Source: Eledone cirrhosa (lineage: Eukaryota). From it: DNA of 64,000 nucleotides. Positions within the stretch are counted from its first letter, which is position 1; each line of letters begins with the position of its first letter. The stretch covers positions 113,026,001 to 113,090,000 of the forward strand of contig OZ024740.1 in the NCBI GenBank assembly GCA_964016885.1, read 5' to 3'. This document shows, one piece after another, positions 1-12,128 of this stretch. The notes below the pieces were generated by a model. That model saw nothing but the letters and a program-made list of their open reading frames with translations, searched no databases and had not been told where the DNA came from. The translations under genes and the position numbers were made by a program.

Positions 1-808
1 GAACTAAGAGAACATTTAAGGGTTAGGTTATATTTAAGTCTCACAATAATATGTGGTTCTCGTATCGAGAATTATAATGTTTAAGGGTTTTTATATATCT
101 CCTAGGTTTGGGCTTAGTGCCATGAAAAATGCCTGGGTACCAGGTTGTCAACAAAATGTGTTTAACGCTCCAGACTTGGGAACGGGCGATGACAACAGTT
201 AATTGTGTTGCTGGACAGGAAATTGTCTATTACGAGACAGAGTTACAACAATAAGAATATTTATTTTACTATCGTTACATACATATATGTTTTTTAATTG
301 TCTAGATATTAACTATATAGACATTTTATTATCCACACACATACTTACACAGAGACAGACAGATACACACATACACACGCCCAGTCGCATATACACTCGA
401 GTAACGAAAAATCGTTTCCCCAAACTTATTAATTTTTTAGATTTTTCCACCCCACCATCGCTCGTATTCCAATCCACTCGCGCTTATTAAATTTTGCTAA
501 TCTATTTCCGGCGAAATTTTATTTTATTTCGTATTATTTCAGCGATAAATAATTCTCTTTATGCATGGCAAAAAAGAACATTATATACGTTACAAAATAT
601 ATAGGATGGGTTGGGGACTCAATATATAAACTAAACAAATAATTCTGGTTTAAAGAAAATTAAGTGTCACAATTACCGATTTTCCAGCCTTCCCCTTATT
701 CCAGTCCCCTCCCCCCTTATTATTTGGGGCTCCCGAAAGTACACTCTTACACACCCACACACTCATGAAGAAATTTCGCTGCTCATGATACACTATATGA
801 CTCCAACA

Positions 809-844
<36 letters not shown>

Positions 845-1067
845 GTAGATAAATCTAACAAAATATACAGTAGTGTCCAATCCGTATGAAGAACTCAATG
901 TAATCCAAATATGAAAAGAGAAGATGCATTCAAACATTTTCGATGAAAATCATAGGAAAACAGGGTCAAGATAAATTAATAAAAACAATGAAATAAAAAC
1001 AAAGAACAAATTCCTTATAAATTTTAATATAAGAAATTTGTTCTTTGTTTTTATTTCATTGTTTTTA

Positions 1068-1071
<4 letters not shown>
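845..1071 (-). mobile_element. Short (TA)n-flanked element ending in a ~43-bp-arm hairpin (976-1071)
   Basis: ttaataaaaacaatgaaataaaaacaaagaacaaatt(c)cttata is followed after an ~8-nt loop by its reverse complement; (TA)n on both sides. Confidence 0.6.
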
Positions 1072-1122
<51 letters not shown>

Positions 1123-1130
<8 letters not shown>

Positions 1131-1546
1131 GTTTGTATATGTATAATAAAGCCAAAACAATGCAGGTATGGACATAGAATAAAGAATGCAAATGCAAAAG
1201 ATATTGTTGACAATGAGTCTTTTACCTTAGATTTATTTAAATGACCTTAATTTTCGAGATAATATCTCTTCTTCGGAGGGAAGTAAAGCGGTTAAACCAG
1301 TGTTCTAAATAGCTAGCCAAATCATGCTATTTAACCGCTTTACTTCCCTCCGAAGAAGAGATATTATCTCGAAAATTAAGGACATTTAAATAAATCTAAG
1401 GTAAAAGACTAATTGTCAACAATATCTTTTGGATTTGCATTCTTTATTTTATGTCCATACCTGCATTGTTTTGGCTTTATTATACATATACAAACGTTTA
1501 TACCTCATTACACAATGCTTCAAGTGAACTATAACCTCCTCCATAA
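1123..1546 (+). mobile_element. (TA)n-inserted palindromic element (arms ~1123-1296 and ~1330-1502), Penelope-pLTR-like
   Basis: ~173-bp inverted repeat with few mismatches; right arm continues ~45 nt to a TA tract; contains a hammerhead-like core. Confidence 0.75.
1347..1381 (+). ncRNA. Minimal type I hammerhead-like motif, CCGAAGA core
   Basis: CCT-CCGAAGA-a-GAGAT att ATCTC-GAAAATTA-AGG: stem I CCU/AGG, stem II 5 bp, palindromic AAUU stem III, UUA triplet. Confidence 0.5.
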
Positions 1547-1679
1547 ATATATATATATGCGTGCCTCTGTGTGTGTGTGTTTGTATGTGTTTACGTTCCT
1601 TATCACATGATTTGATCGTTTTTGTTTGAAGAGAATCTGTTGTATTTCCAGCCTCATTCAGATTTAGTTACAGGCGGCA

Positions 1680-2300
1680 AAGAGAAGAAATGATAAATTC
1701 AATGCTTTCATGAGACAACGACGATTCACTTTAAAAGCCTAAAAGCGAAATCATGTGACGGTCGGGGAACTGGATATTTCAGAACGATCATTTTTAGAAA
1801 TAGCACATGTCTTCGAAATACTAAACCGTCTGATGCATATCTTTCCCTTTTAACGGGGAAAAGTTAAGATATGCATTTAGGAAACGTTTCTTTGTATTTG
1901 TCAGTTTGAAGGAGAATGCCTATGACTCTTTTCAGGGGGCTCGAAAACAGATACGAGGATATGTATATATGTCCTGTAGGGCATTACTAGTGAAGGAGAA
2001 AACTGCCGTTTTAATAGCAAATAAATAATTTTCTATATGGATAATAAACACAACCACAAGGATATGGTCCGAACTTGGAAGAGTCGATTAAGGGAGAGAT
2101 TTCAAGGGTCTTGAAAATGGTATACCTGTTTTAGAGGTCGCTAAAACATACAAAGTGGAAGGAGTTATCCTAATACTAGATATCTGATCCGAATACCTAT
2201 ATAAGAATGAATTCCCCTAAAGTTAATGAAGGATCTAATTGGGTAGTTAAATGAAGCGAACGATTACGCCTACGACCTGCTATTTCTAGCTGGTTCAACC
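1680..2300 (+). pseudogene. Highly decayed LINE reverse-transcriptase remnant
   Basis: Fragments translate to ENAYDS (~1911) and DYAYDLLFLA (~2262), resembling KAYDS and YADD motifs; no ORF. Confidence 0.25.
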
Positions 2301-2581
2301 ACAGTATAGCGGCTCTAACTTTGCCTCGAATATATAATTTAGTTTCATTCAACAACTGTAACCCGTCATAAAATATACATATTTTTAGGAAACGAAGCTA
2401 GAACGCAGCTGCTGCATCGAACTTCTCTTGAACGATACATATCTAAATACGTCACATTTCGTTCATTGTGTGATTGTGTGCGATATTTCCAGTGCTGATA
2501 AATACTGAATTGCGTCTGTTGTTTGAAGCCTTTCACGAATATATTGAATGTATACTTTCGTTAAATATGCATTCGTGTGTG

Positions 2582-2620
<39 letters not shown>

Positions 2621-2631
2621 GTGTGTATATG

Positions 2632-2662
<31 letters not shown>

Positions 2663-3219
2663 GTGTATATATATATACGTAATGCGTGTGCGTATGTAAG
2701 TATATATGCATGTGTGTTTATATGTTTATATGTGTACATATTTACGTGTGTACATCTATATATATATCTGTATGCATGGAAGTATGTAAATGTTTGTGTT
2801 TATATGTGTTGCAAGATAGTCTAAGAGTCAAGACAATCATTTTAGAATTATGTGCCAAGAAAAAGGTAAATTGAATGAAAGGTACGAAAAGCGATATTGA
2901 TCAAGTATTTATTCTATTATAATGTCTGAATTTCTAAGATAGATAAGAACGATAATTAAAGTTTTCGTCCATTATTCAAACACCTCTTTCGAGTTTCTAT
3001 TTACACAACGTTTCTATCTAAAATAGACATCAATCCTGAATAAGGACATTGTCCTGGACAAGATTAGAAACTAGCAATTTATGATTGGAACTAAATGATA
3101 CTAATGTTATAATTCGTGATGCCTCTAAATATAGTAGCTATTCAATCCATTCGGATAGAATTATTATAGTGCAGTTAAATAATAAACTCTATAACATATA
3201 TATTACTGAATCTACTTCA

Positions 3220-3450
3220 GGTAGCGAATTTGCAGAGTCGTTAGAACGTCGGATAGACTACTTTGCGGTACTCGTTCTGTCTCTCTTCTCTCTGAGTTCA
3301 AGTCTCGCCTAGTTCAACGTTGCCTTTCACCATCCATTCGAGTTCGATACAAATAGTGTAGTTCTGGGGGTTGATTCTTCCTCTATATATTTTTCTCATT
3401 TCCATTCTCTCACTCTATATTTCTCTGGAAGAAATTTGATGTATTCAGAG
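3220..3450 (+). mobile_element. Decayed tRNA-derived SINE, CT-rich-tail subfamily
   Basis: A/B-box-like head, ttgcctttca core; tail shared with 3873-4050 and 12992-13240. Confidence 0.6.
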
Positions 3451-3872
3451 CAGGATTCAAAATGCTTTGGAAACGACGTAGTCGAAATGGTGCCTCTCCG
3501 ATTTCCTCGGAAGTTCGAGACTATACATATACCTATTTAATAACTAATGGAAATTGTAACGGACTCTACCCCCTCCCCAATTTCTTTCATTTTGCACACA
3601 TACACTCGTGCTTACTGCTGTACCCCTAGCTAATGTCACCCTTACCCAGTCTGCTGTTACACACGTGCGCGCACATTCACCCCCTAAGTTCCTATGCCGC
3701 GGTTATGGACAGAAAGACACAGCTTATACACAACAACTAACACACACACAAACACACACACAAAAATACATTCACTCTTATAGATATACACATATACTCA
3801 CAGCTTCGAACTTACAAACACACACACACACTCTCTGATACTTACATGTACACACACATATCCTGTTAGCAT

Positions 3873-4050
3873 AGGCGGTGAATTGGCAGAATCGTTAGAA
3901 CGTCGGATAGAATGCTTTGCCTTCCATCCTTTCGCGGTCGATAAAAAAGCACCAGTCTAGTGCTAGGGTCAATTCTTCTTCTATATCTCTTTCTCATTTC
4001 CTCTCTCTGACATTCTATCTTTCTCTGGAAGAAATCTGCTGTACTCAGGC
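3873..4050 (+). mobile_element. tRNA-derived SINE, CT-rich-tail subfamily, internally deleted
   Basis: ggcggtgaattggcagaatcgttaga head; ctttgccttccatcctttcgcggtcgataaaa core. Confidence 0.7.
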
Positions 4051-4545
4051 TTGGAGAGATGGGATCCACCGAGCTTAAAATGCCCAAGAAACATCGTATG
4101 TGAATCCGGCACCCCTACGACTTTGTCATACATACATTTTCTTAGCATCGTCTGTTGTATTTTTCCGTTTACACACACAAACACACACACATATACGCAC
4201 GCGCACACGTACAACTCTATATAGAACACGTTTTTCCCCATTCAGTTAGACGCGCTCGATCACCACCTTTTAAAGCAAGATTATCTTACATAAAACGCCA
4301 GCATCAACAGTTTTCCTAGAGGGCGACATGAATAGTCCTGTTTTTACTATAAAAAATTTTTTTTTTCATTCAGTTGCTGCCCGTCTCCTGAATTTTTCTA
4401 TTTCTACTTTAATTTCTCATTCTATTTTCTGATGAAAGACTAGCGTCCAAAATGTTAAATCTCTTTTCCTACAATATGAAGCGCAAAACTAATATATTTT
4501 TTCATTGTACTGTGTCATTTGCCTTGTTATTTCTGTTTGCCTTTT

Positions 4546-4628
<83 letters not shown>

Positions 4629-4804
4629 TATATATGAAACAAATATCCTTTCTTACAAAAACAATATAAAAACTGGAAAGAGGAAGGTGAAGTTAAAACA
4701 GCTCAAAATAGGCTAATTTACTATAATAAATAGTACAAAAGCAACGTTCCATTCTTCCTTCTAAGATTTTTCAAACAAACATATATATTGAATCACGCAT
4801 ATAT

Positions 4805-5200
4805 ATTCTTTCTTCTTCTTCGCTCACTAATTACTGAGGAGGTCGTATGGGCGGAGTCCCGAACACTCCTTCCAGCGGGTCTTTTCAGAAGAAACCGTCT
4901 CCAACAGATCCGGCTTCGTCCATTAGCGAGACCAGCCAAGCTCATGAATGTTATCCAACCATTTTGCTCGTGTTCTACTCCTGGGTCACCTGCTGGTTGG
5001 TTTTGCCCATAAAAATCTCTCCAGCGATTCTTTCCTGAGATATTCTAACCACCTAGCCATAGTGTCGGAGCTATGATCGGTTAATTAGAAGTACCGGCTC
5101 TACCTGGATTGGCTATCTGATCCTCGAGCTACGCACTCTATTGAGTAACTTTACTCCATAGACCCTTTGGACAATCCCATTTCGACCGCTTGTATGCGCG
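4805..5200 (-). mobile_element. RTE-clade (Expander-like) LINE 3' end with (GAA)n tail
   Basis: Minus strand reads AKPTSR*PRSRTRAKWLDNIHELGWSR...EKTRWK, then gaagaagaagaa. Confidence 0.55.
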
Positions 5201-5351
5201 ATCGTATTCTTTCGATCATTACTCAAGATTCATGGGCATAGGTAATGGTTGGCACGAATACCAAATTGAAATATATGTATAAATATGCATATATCTCAAT
5301 ATGTATATATATATATATATATGTGGATGAATGTACGTATGCATGCGTCAG

Positions 5352-5452
<101 letters not shown>

Positions 5453-5851
5453 CTGCATCCGTGTGTATACGCGCTTGTATGTATTGATAGAGGTACAAAT
5501 ATTTATTTGAGATAAGTGCTTGCTCAACGTTAAAGGATTCTTTCCTCCCCACCGTCTCTTTCATGTTGTTGATGATCCATGTCTTGACACATGGAAATCT
5601 CAACATCATCCAACGAAAATAGAGCCAAATATCAAATGCTCTTTCTTAACCCTATCTGATCTTACTTGATCCCTTTTAAGGCTAATGTTCGGTTGAACCA
5701 CCGTTATATATATAATACACACACTTAACACCTTTTATATGAAAATATGCATTAATATATATGTATATACATACACACACACACATATATATAAATATAT
5801 ATATTTATATGTATATTCATTTATGTATATTTTTACATATAATTATATACA

Positions 5852-5888
<37 letters not shown>

Positions 5889-5916
5889 TAGTTATATATA
5901 TTTACAAATTTACATA

Positions 5917-5994
<78 letters not shown>

Positions 5995-5995
5995 C

Positions 5996-6089
<94 letters not shown>

Positions 6090-6464
6090 GTGTGCGTAGG
6101 GTGTTTAGCGTGTATCTGTGTCTCTGTGTGTGTATGTGTGTTTGTTTATATATATATATGCATACAGATCTATTTTTATTGCATTACCTAAATTGACAGA
6201 AAATCGTTTCTCTCTGTAAATATTTCCTATGAGTCTCAATCCTCGAATCTCTCGAGTACCGTTTCCTACACTGTGTACCTATCTAATACAACTTGAAATA
6301 TCCCATTAGTATGAACCTGTGGTTCTCAGAGACCCACGTTACTTTCATTTCCTTGCAATACCAGGTTTTCTTCAGTTCTATTCCCATCTTGAATCACCAT
6401 CTAGTGTTCTTTCACCCAAGTACCTTTTTAACATTAATAAGCTTTTTGAACCTCAATAACTCTT

Positions 6465-6647
6465 TAATGGTTTCTGATTTAGGCACAAGGCCATCAAGAG
6501 AAATTCAGTTAAATTGACCCCAGTGCGTTACTGGTACATTATTTCATCGACCCCGTAAAGATGAAGGGCAAATCTAATCCCAGAACGTAACTCTATGCTA
6601 CAAAGCATTTTGCTCCGATGCTCCACCGACACTACGAATCCACCGCC
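6465..6647 (-). mobile_element. tRNA-derived SINE (main family, diverged)
   Basis: ggcacaaggcc...atcgaccccgtaaagatgaagggcaaa...aatccaccgcc. Confidence 0.75.
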
Positions 6648-6957
6648 TTTTATCTAACTCTATGATAACAAATAACCAATAACCAACAATTCTATAATAA
6701 CAAACGGAAAGTAACAATGATTTTGTGGTCTCTTAATTCATGATATCCTTTATAGCTCGGTATATTCGTATTTCATTTGATATATATGCTATATACACTG
6801 TTCCTTTCTAACTTTACCTTTTCCTCGAAAAGTGCATCAGGTTTTGAGAATCTCTAACAGTAATACTTTTACCTCACCAAATAATACTTTTTATTTCAGA
6901 TAATGCTTTCTTGACTCATCACCACATTTAGCCGCCCCACCAGATATGTATTATATA

Positions 6958-7196
6958 TTACTAGAATTATTTTCAACACGCTGGCGCGTGTATGAGTATA
7001 TTATTATAGACATGCAAACACAGACACACTTACAAAAATAAGTCGCTCAAATTTATATATAGATTGGATACACTAGCGTAGTGGATGTTAGACGCCGTTT
7101 TCTGTAGTTCGTCATCACTCTTTCCTTCCTCAGTCATCTCTAGTGAGTTACAGAAGGACGGTCGGACGGAAGTCGCTCAAATTTATATATAAATTG
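6958..7196 (+). mobile_element. Two tandem short Helitron/Helentron-associated-like elements
   Basis: Each starts near actag and ends aagtcgctcaaatttatatata(g/a)att (~7040 and ~7171). Confidence 0.35.
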
Positions 7197-7314
7197 TATT
7201 CATAGTGAACACACATATTTCTATATCTGAAAAATCTTATATTATTTATATCAAAATTTCAGCGTTCAAGTTTTCACGCACATTTCTTAGTCACATGACC
7301 ATACTATACTGTCG

Positions 7315-7388
<74 letters not shown>

Positions 7389-7548
7389 ATATTCTATATA
7401 ACTGCTCTGTAGAACAACTGATATTATTACATTGAGCTATTTATCTTACTGGTAATAAGGTAGTAAAATACTGACCTTTACTGTTTAGGGTTTAAAATAT
7501 ATATAACTATAAAAAGTTTTAGTATATACATAACCATAAATAGTATCC

Positions 7549-7689
<141 letters not shown>

Positions 7690-8085
7690 CATATATATAT
7701 ACATTTATGTGTTTTGTGGTTCACCAATGAATAGAACTGGTCATTACGTTTAGTTAATCATGATGTAAGTGTAGAAAGAGCACTCTACGTTACTCAACTC
7801 ATCCGTCGTTGATTTTGAATCCCGCGGCTGGTGCACGAACGGAGTTAAATAATAATTTGATTAAAATAACAGAAGTCTGGTAATATTCTTGTAAAGTTTT
7901 ATTGCTACAAAAAACACTGTATATATGTCAATGGCCTGGTTACGTAAGATCCTGGTGACATCATCAGGTGCAGATTGTATAATTAGTTAATCAATAAAGG
8001 AATTACGGCAAACACAAACAGAGACTAGAGAAAATATTTGATTAGAAGATGGTTCGCGAAACAGGTACTATTGTTGGTCAGTCTA
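7690..8085 (-). mobile_element. Penelope-pLTR-like element with degenerate hammerhead; homologous to 38270-38645
   Basis: Shared blocks gattcaaaat..gatgagt, aatgacca.ttcta, ttggt.aaccac; CTGATGA core; 3' end in (TA)n. Confidence 0.6.
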
Positions 8086-8399
8086 ATAATAATAATAATA
8101 TATATATATAAATATATGCTTGTGTTATAAGGTGTTGACTAACCAGAGTTGTGTATGCAACACTGCAATAAGTAAAGGAAGATGCAATTAGGTTCAAGAG
8201 TGGATATCCCAGTTAACGGCATGTTGCACATCCCCTTCCCAACGTTTTTCTCAAATCTGGAGAATGCCATTTATTTCTTCAGTTTCATGCACTTTTTCTT
8301 CATAATTACATTGATAATCTAATTATTACGACATTTTAGAACGCAGACTTTAATAAAGATGGAATGAATTTATGAAAATTGGTAAAAAAAAAAAGGTTG

Positions 8400-8742
8400 C
8401 TGGTGAAAACATCACAGAAAAAGTCAAGAAAAATATCACAGAAAGAATGTCACGAGAAAAGGATGTCACAGAAAAATAATCACAAGCAAACTTCAATAAA
8501 TGTGAGATTTCCAGTCTTATTCGTTTAAAGCTGATTTAAAAAAAAATTCTATTGGAGATGATATAACTCGTGATTTTTTTCTACATGCGTGTAATGTCAT
8601 TATATAAATTGTGTTCTCATTAGGTACATGTCTTGTAATAACTGGTTAATTAGTTTAATTAGTATTTATGGCATTAAAAACAACATTTTCAGAGGACTTT
8701 TTTCCTCGTCACAATTGTGACTTTCTTCTGTAACATACTTCC
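8400..8742. mobile_element. Decayed MITE-like element with subterminal repeats
   Basis: Repeated tcacagaaaaa units on the left, inverted gtgactttc/ttttcc units on the right. Confidence 0.3.
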
Positions 8743-9119
8743 AAGCCGTTAACAGATGGTAGAATAAATCACTCCTCATTAAACGGCTGAATTCATACAG
8801 AACTTTCTCATTCACTCAACAACCGAGCTACTCCAGACCAACCGTGTGTTGCATTCACGAACAAAAACACTGGAAACATCACAAGAATCAGAACACTTTA
8901 GTCTCTGCGTTATCGAAACAATGTCTAAACACAAACTCTACGCACATCTAAGTAATAAACTTCAAACACCTCACATACACTCGAACAGTATACCCTAACC
9001 CCTTTAAGTCAGAGCAAAGATCAGTAAATTCTTTTTTGTCTGAGCATGCGTTGAGCTTTGGTTAGCTTTGTCATGGCCTAAATGTATAAAATTACACGCA
9101 TACATAGGACGTGCATCCC

Positions 9120-9255
9120 CATAGTTTTCGCCAACAAATTTTCACTCTCAAGGCACTGGTTAGACCGAGCCTATAGTAGAAGATAATCATGCACAGTATT
9201 AGATAATGGGATGATATCTGAAACCACATGATTGTAGAGATCTTAGCCACACATG
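9120..9255 (-). mobile_element. Decayed second SINE family (related piece at ~19940-20075)
   Basis: aattttcactctcaaggcactggttagaccgagcctatagtagaaga...aaccacatg...cttagccacac; similar order of blocks at 19940-20075. Confidence 0.4.
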
Positions 9256-9388
9256 GTTGCAGAAGTCTTCTTAGTCACACAATCGGACCTGTGATTGAAT
9301 ATATATTATATTTTAAAAATGGATTTTATTATTACAAACATGGGGAATTCAAATATATATGTGTATATATACTTGTATTTATATATAT

Positions 9389-9586
9389 ATAGAAAAATGT
9401 TCAAGACCCTGACGGCAGAGCTCAAGCCGTTTCGACAGCTATTTCTGGACTGAAATAGCCGTCGAAACGGCTTGAGCTCTGCCGTCGGGGACTTGAACAT
9501 TTTTCTATTACCCACTCTACTACCCTAAGTATTGAGTACTCTGGTGCGTTATGGTCCATCTGGTTCCTTACCACAATTCCTTCGTT
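9389..9586 (+). mobile_element. Palindromic (TA)n-targeted mini-element, family P1 copy 1
   Basis: Arms 9389-9445 and 9452-9508; tail tacccactctactaccctaagtattgagtac...ttcgtta(TA)n; four other copies in the window. Confidence 0.85.
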
Positions 9587-9597
9587 ATATATATATA

Positions 9598-9853
9598 TGT
9601 AAAAGTTCTATTTAAATTGTTGGGATACAACAAGCAAATATTTTTATAACTGATATAAAGCACTCGACAAGTATTTGGAGTAAATATACGATATTAACAA
9701 ATGGAAACTATATTTATAAAACCATATCTATTTTATTATACATATTTCAAGGATACCATGTTAAATTATGGTATGCCTTCATCAGACAAAATATGAAATA
9801 TGTATAATAAAATAGATATGGTTTTATAAATATAATTTACATTTGTTAATATC

Positions 9854-9859
<6 letters not shown>
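9598..9859 (-). mobile_element. Palindromic (TA)n-inserted element with complete hammerhead
   Basis: Arms ~9685-9749 and ~9794-9859; TA tracts at both ends. Confidence 0.75.
9729..9793 (-). ncRNA. Type I hammerhead ribozyme (minimal, palindromic stem III)
   Basis: TATTTTGT-CTGATGA-AGGcATACCAT aatttaac ATGGTATCCTt-GAAATATGT-ATA^ATAAAATA. Confidence 0.75.
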
Positions 9860-9895
<36 letters not shown>

Positions 9896-9899
<4 letters not shown>

Positions 9900-10577
9900 G
9901 AAAAGTATAGAAATTGTTGTAGCGAGAAGCTAACAGTATTCCATAACATATATGTGACTATAACGTCAAAATGGGAAAATAGTTAACATAAGATACGGGA
10001 AAAATAATTCAAACTCAATTCAAAAGGAATCAGGATATAGATTTATCCAACAGAATTTAGAGAAATCCAGGGAAAAATCAATAGAGCCTTAACTCATTAT
10101 AAAACAAATTCTAAAGTACCCAACCTTCAATTTGGGACAACTTCAAATGCTCTGTATAGTCTTGCAAATACTATTTCACGAAAACTTTCAGTGGGGATGG
10201 TCACGGTTGGATTTCGTTCATCAGCAGAGCTCAACATAATAACCAAGGTCTCACTGGTAATATGCCAAAAAGGGAATTTAAAAGCAGGCTAGTTTAAACA
10301 TCATGCGTGATTATTAAAATAAACGCACATGTCGAAAAACAGGGCTGGTGACGTCAGAATGAGACAAATGTTTGTTTACATGAAACAACAGTCAAAAACA
10401 TTCCAAAAGAAAACTCTACAAAAGGAGTTCAGCAAAAAGCAATATCATCGCGGTCTTTTTAAAAAAAAAATACCGGGATTAGTCACATTAATTTAAGCAG
10501 TCTAGGAAATAAATCTGAGTATATATATATAAATGAAAAGTATAGAAATTGTTGTAGCGAGAAGCTAACAGTATTCC

Positions 10578-10582
<5 letters not shown>
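9896..10582 (-). mobile_element. ~635-bp non-coding hammerhead-bearing unit with duplicated terminal ~52 nt
   Basis: aaatgaaaagtatagaaattgttgtagcgagaagctaacagtattccataaca at 9896 and 10531; microsatellite flanks. Confidence 0.7.
10149..10230 (-). ncRNA. Canonical type I hammerhead ribozyme
   Basis: GCTCTG-CTGATGA-ACGAAA...TTTCGT-GAAATAGT atttgcaag ACTATA^CAGAGC; all three stems pair and the core is intact. Confidence 0.85.
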
Positions 10583-10664
<82 letters not shown>

Positions 10665-10884
10665 TGTATATATCGAATGTAGAAAGGTAACACACGAGTT
10701 GATACCTATAAAAACAAATAGCAGAAAAGAAATAGATTTTTTCAGTAGAAAATGTTAAAGAGATTCAGTGAAATATCAAAACATTAATTTATCTACAATA
10801 CCGGTTTCAGCATTATATGCATTGACAATTGCGGATGTGCAGAATATTGTTAAGTTGCATATTTGTACAAATAGTGATAATAAT

Positions 10885-11073
10885 AATTGTTTCTACTTTT
10901 GACACAAGGCCAGCAATTAACCAGTGCACTACTGGTACTTTATTTTATCGACCCCGTAAGGATGAAAGGCAAAGTCAACCTCGGCGGGATTTGAACTCAG
11001 ACCGTTAAGGGACGTAACTATGCCGGAAAGCATGACGTCCGACCCTCTACCGATACTGCCAATTCACCACCCT
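10885..11073 (-). mobile_element. tRNA-derived SINE (main family) with target-site duplication
   Basis: B-box gagttcaaatcc; conserved central ctttgcctttcatccttacggggtcgataaaataaagtaccag (Meta-domain-like, from memory); aaatagtgataat on both sides. Confidence 0.9.
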
Positions 11074-11213
11074 AAATAGTGATAATAATAATAATAATAA
11101 AAAGGGGAAGAAAAATTAATTTTCACATACATGTTCATTCAGAGAAATGAACTCTCTTCTTTTAAAGAACATGTATATGAAAATTAATTTTTCTTACTCC
11201 TATTATTATTATT

Positions 11214-11502
11214 AGTCGATAAAATAAAGCTACCAGTAATGCACTGGGTAATTGGTGGCCTTGTGCCAAAAGTAGAAACAATTATTATTATCACTATTTG
11301 TACAAATATGGAGGGCGGAGGGTTGGCAGTATCGCGTGAAGGTCGAACACCATGCTTTGCAGCATAGAGGTACGCCCCTTTATGATCTAAGTTCAAATCC
11401 CACGGAGGTTAACTTTGCCTTTCATCCTTACGGGGTCGATAAAATAAAGTACCAGTAATGCACTGGTTAATTGCTGGCCTTGTGCCAAAAGTAGAAACAA
11501 TT
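11214..11502 (+). mobile_element. SINE 3' fragment (11214-11309) followed by a full SINE (11311-11502)
   Basis: Both match the family consensus. Confidence 0.85.
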
Positions 11503-11519
11503 ACATATATATATATAAT

Positions 11520-11550
<31 letters not shown>

Positions 11551-11642
11551 GCATATATATATATATGTATGTATGTATATATATATATATATATACATAT
11601 ATGTATGTATATATAAATATGTGTGTATGTGTTTGTATATAT

Positions 11643-11729
<87 letters not shown>

Positions 11730-12057
11730 GTATGCATGTATCTATTAGTCTACAACTAAGGCGATGAAAGAAGTATCTTCGGACATCTTCATTTAGCAGA
11801 CGTAGTCATTTATGGGGCTATTATAGTGTCAGAAGATGCCGTTAGCGAGAGCTTTTAAGTAAACATCGAATGAACGCATAACGCATCCCACCCCATACAA
11901 ACACACGCTCACACATATACACTCACATGTATATTTATATATAGTCACAGACAAACTTGCAATAAATACTCTACATACAATCTCACTTACAGAACACACC
12001 GAACCCACAATCACGTCTCAAGTAAATGAGTAGTCACATACACACGAACACACATAT

Positions 12058-12128
<71 letters not shown>

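Noticed and set aside
17-120. agggttagg telomere-like motifs (also ~8992 and ~34502)
   Set aside because: Only one or two degenerate units; not a telomeric array.
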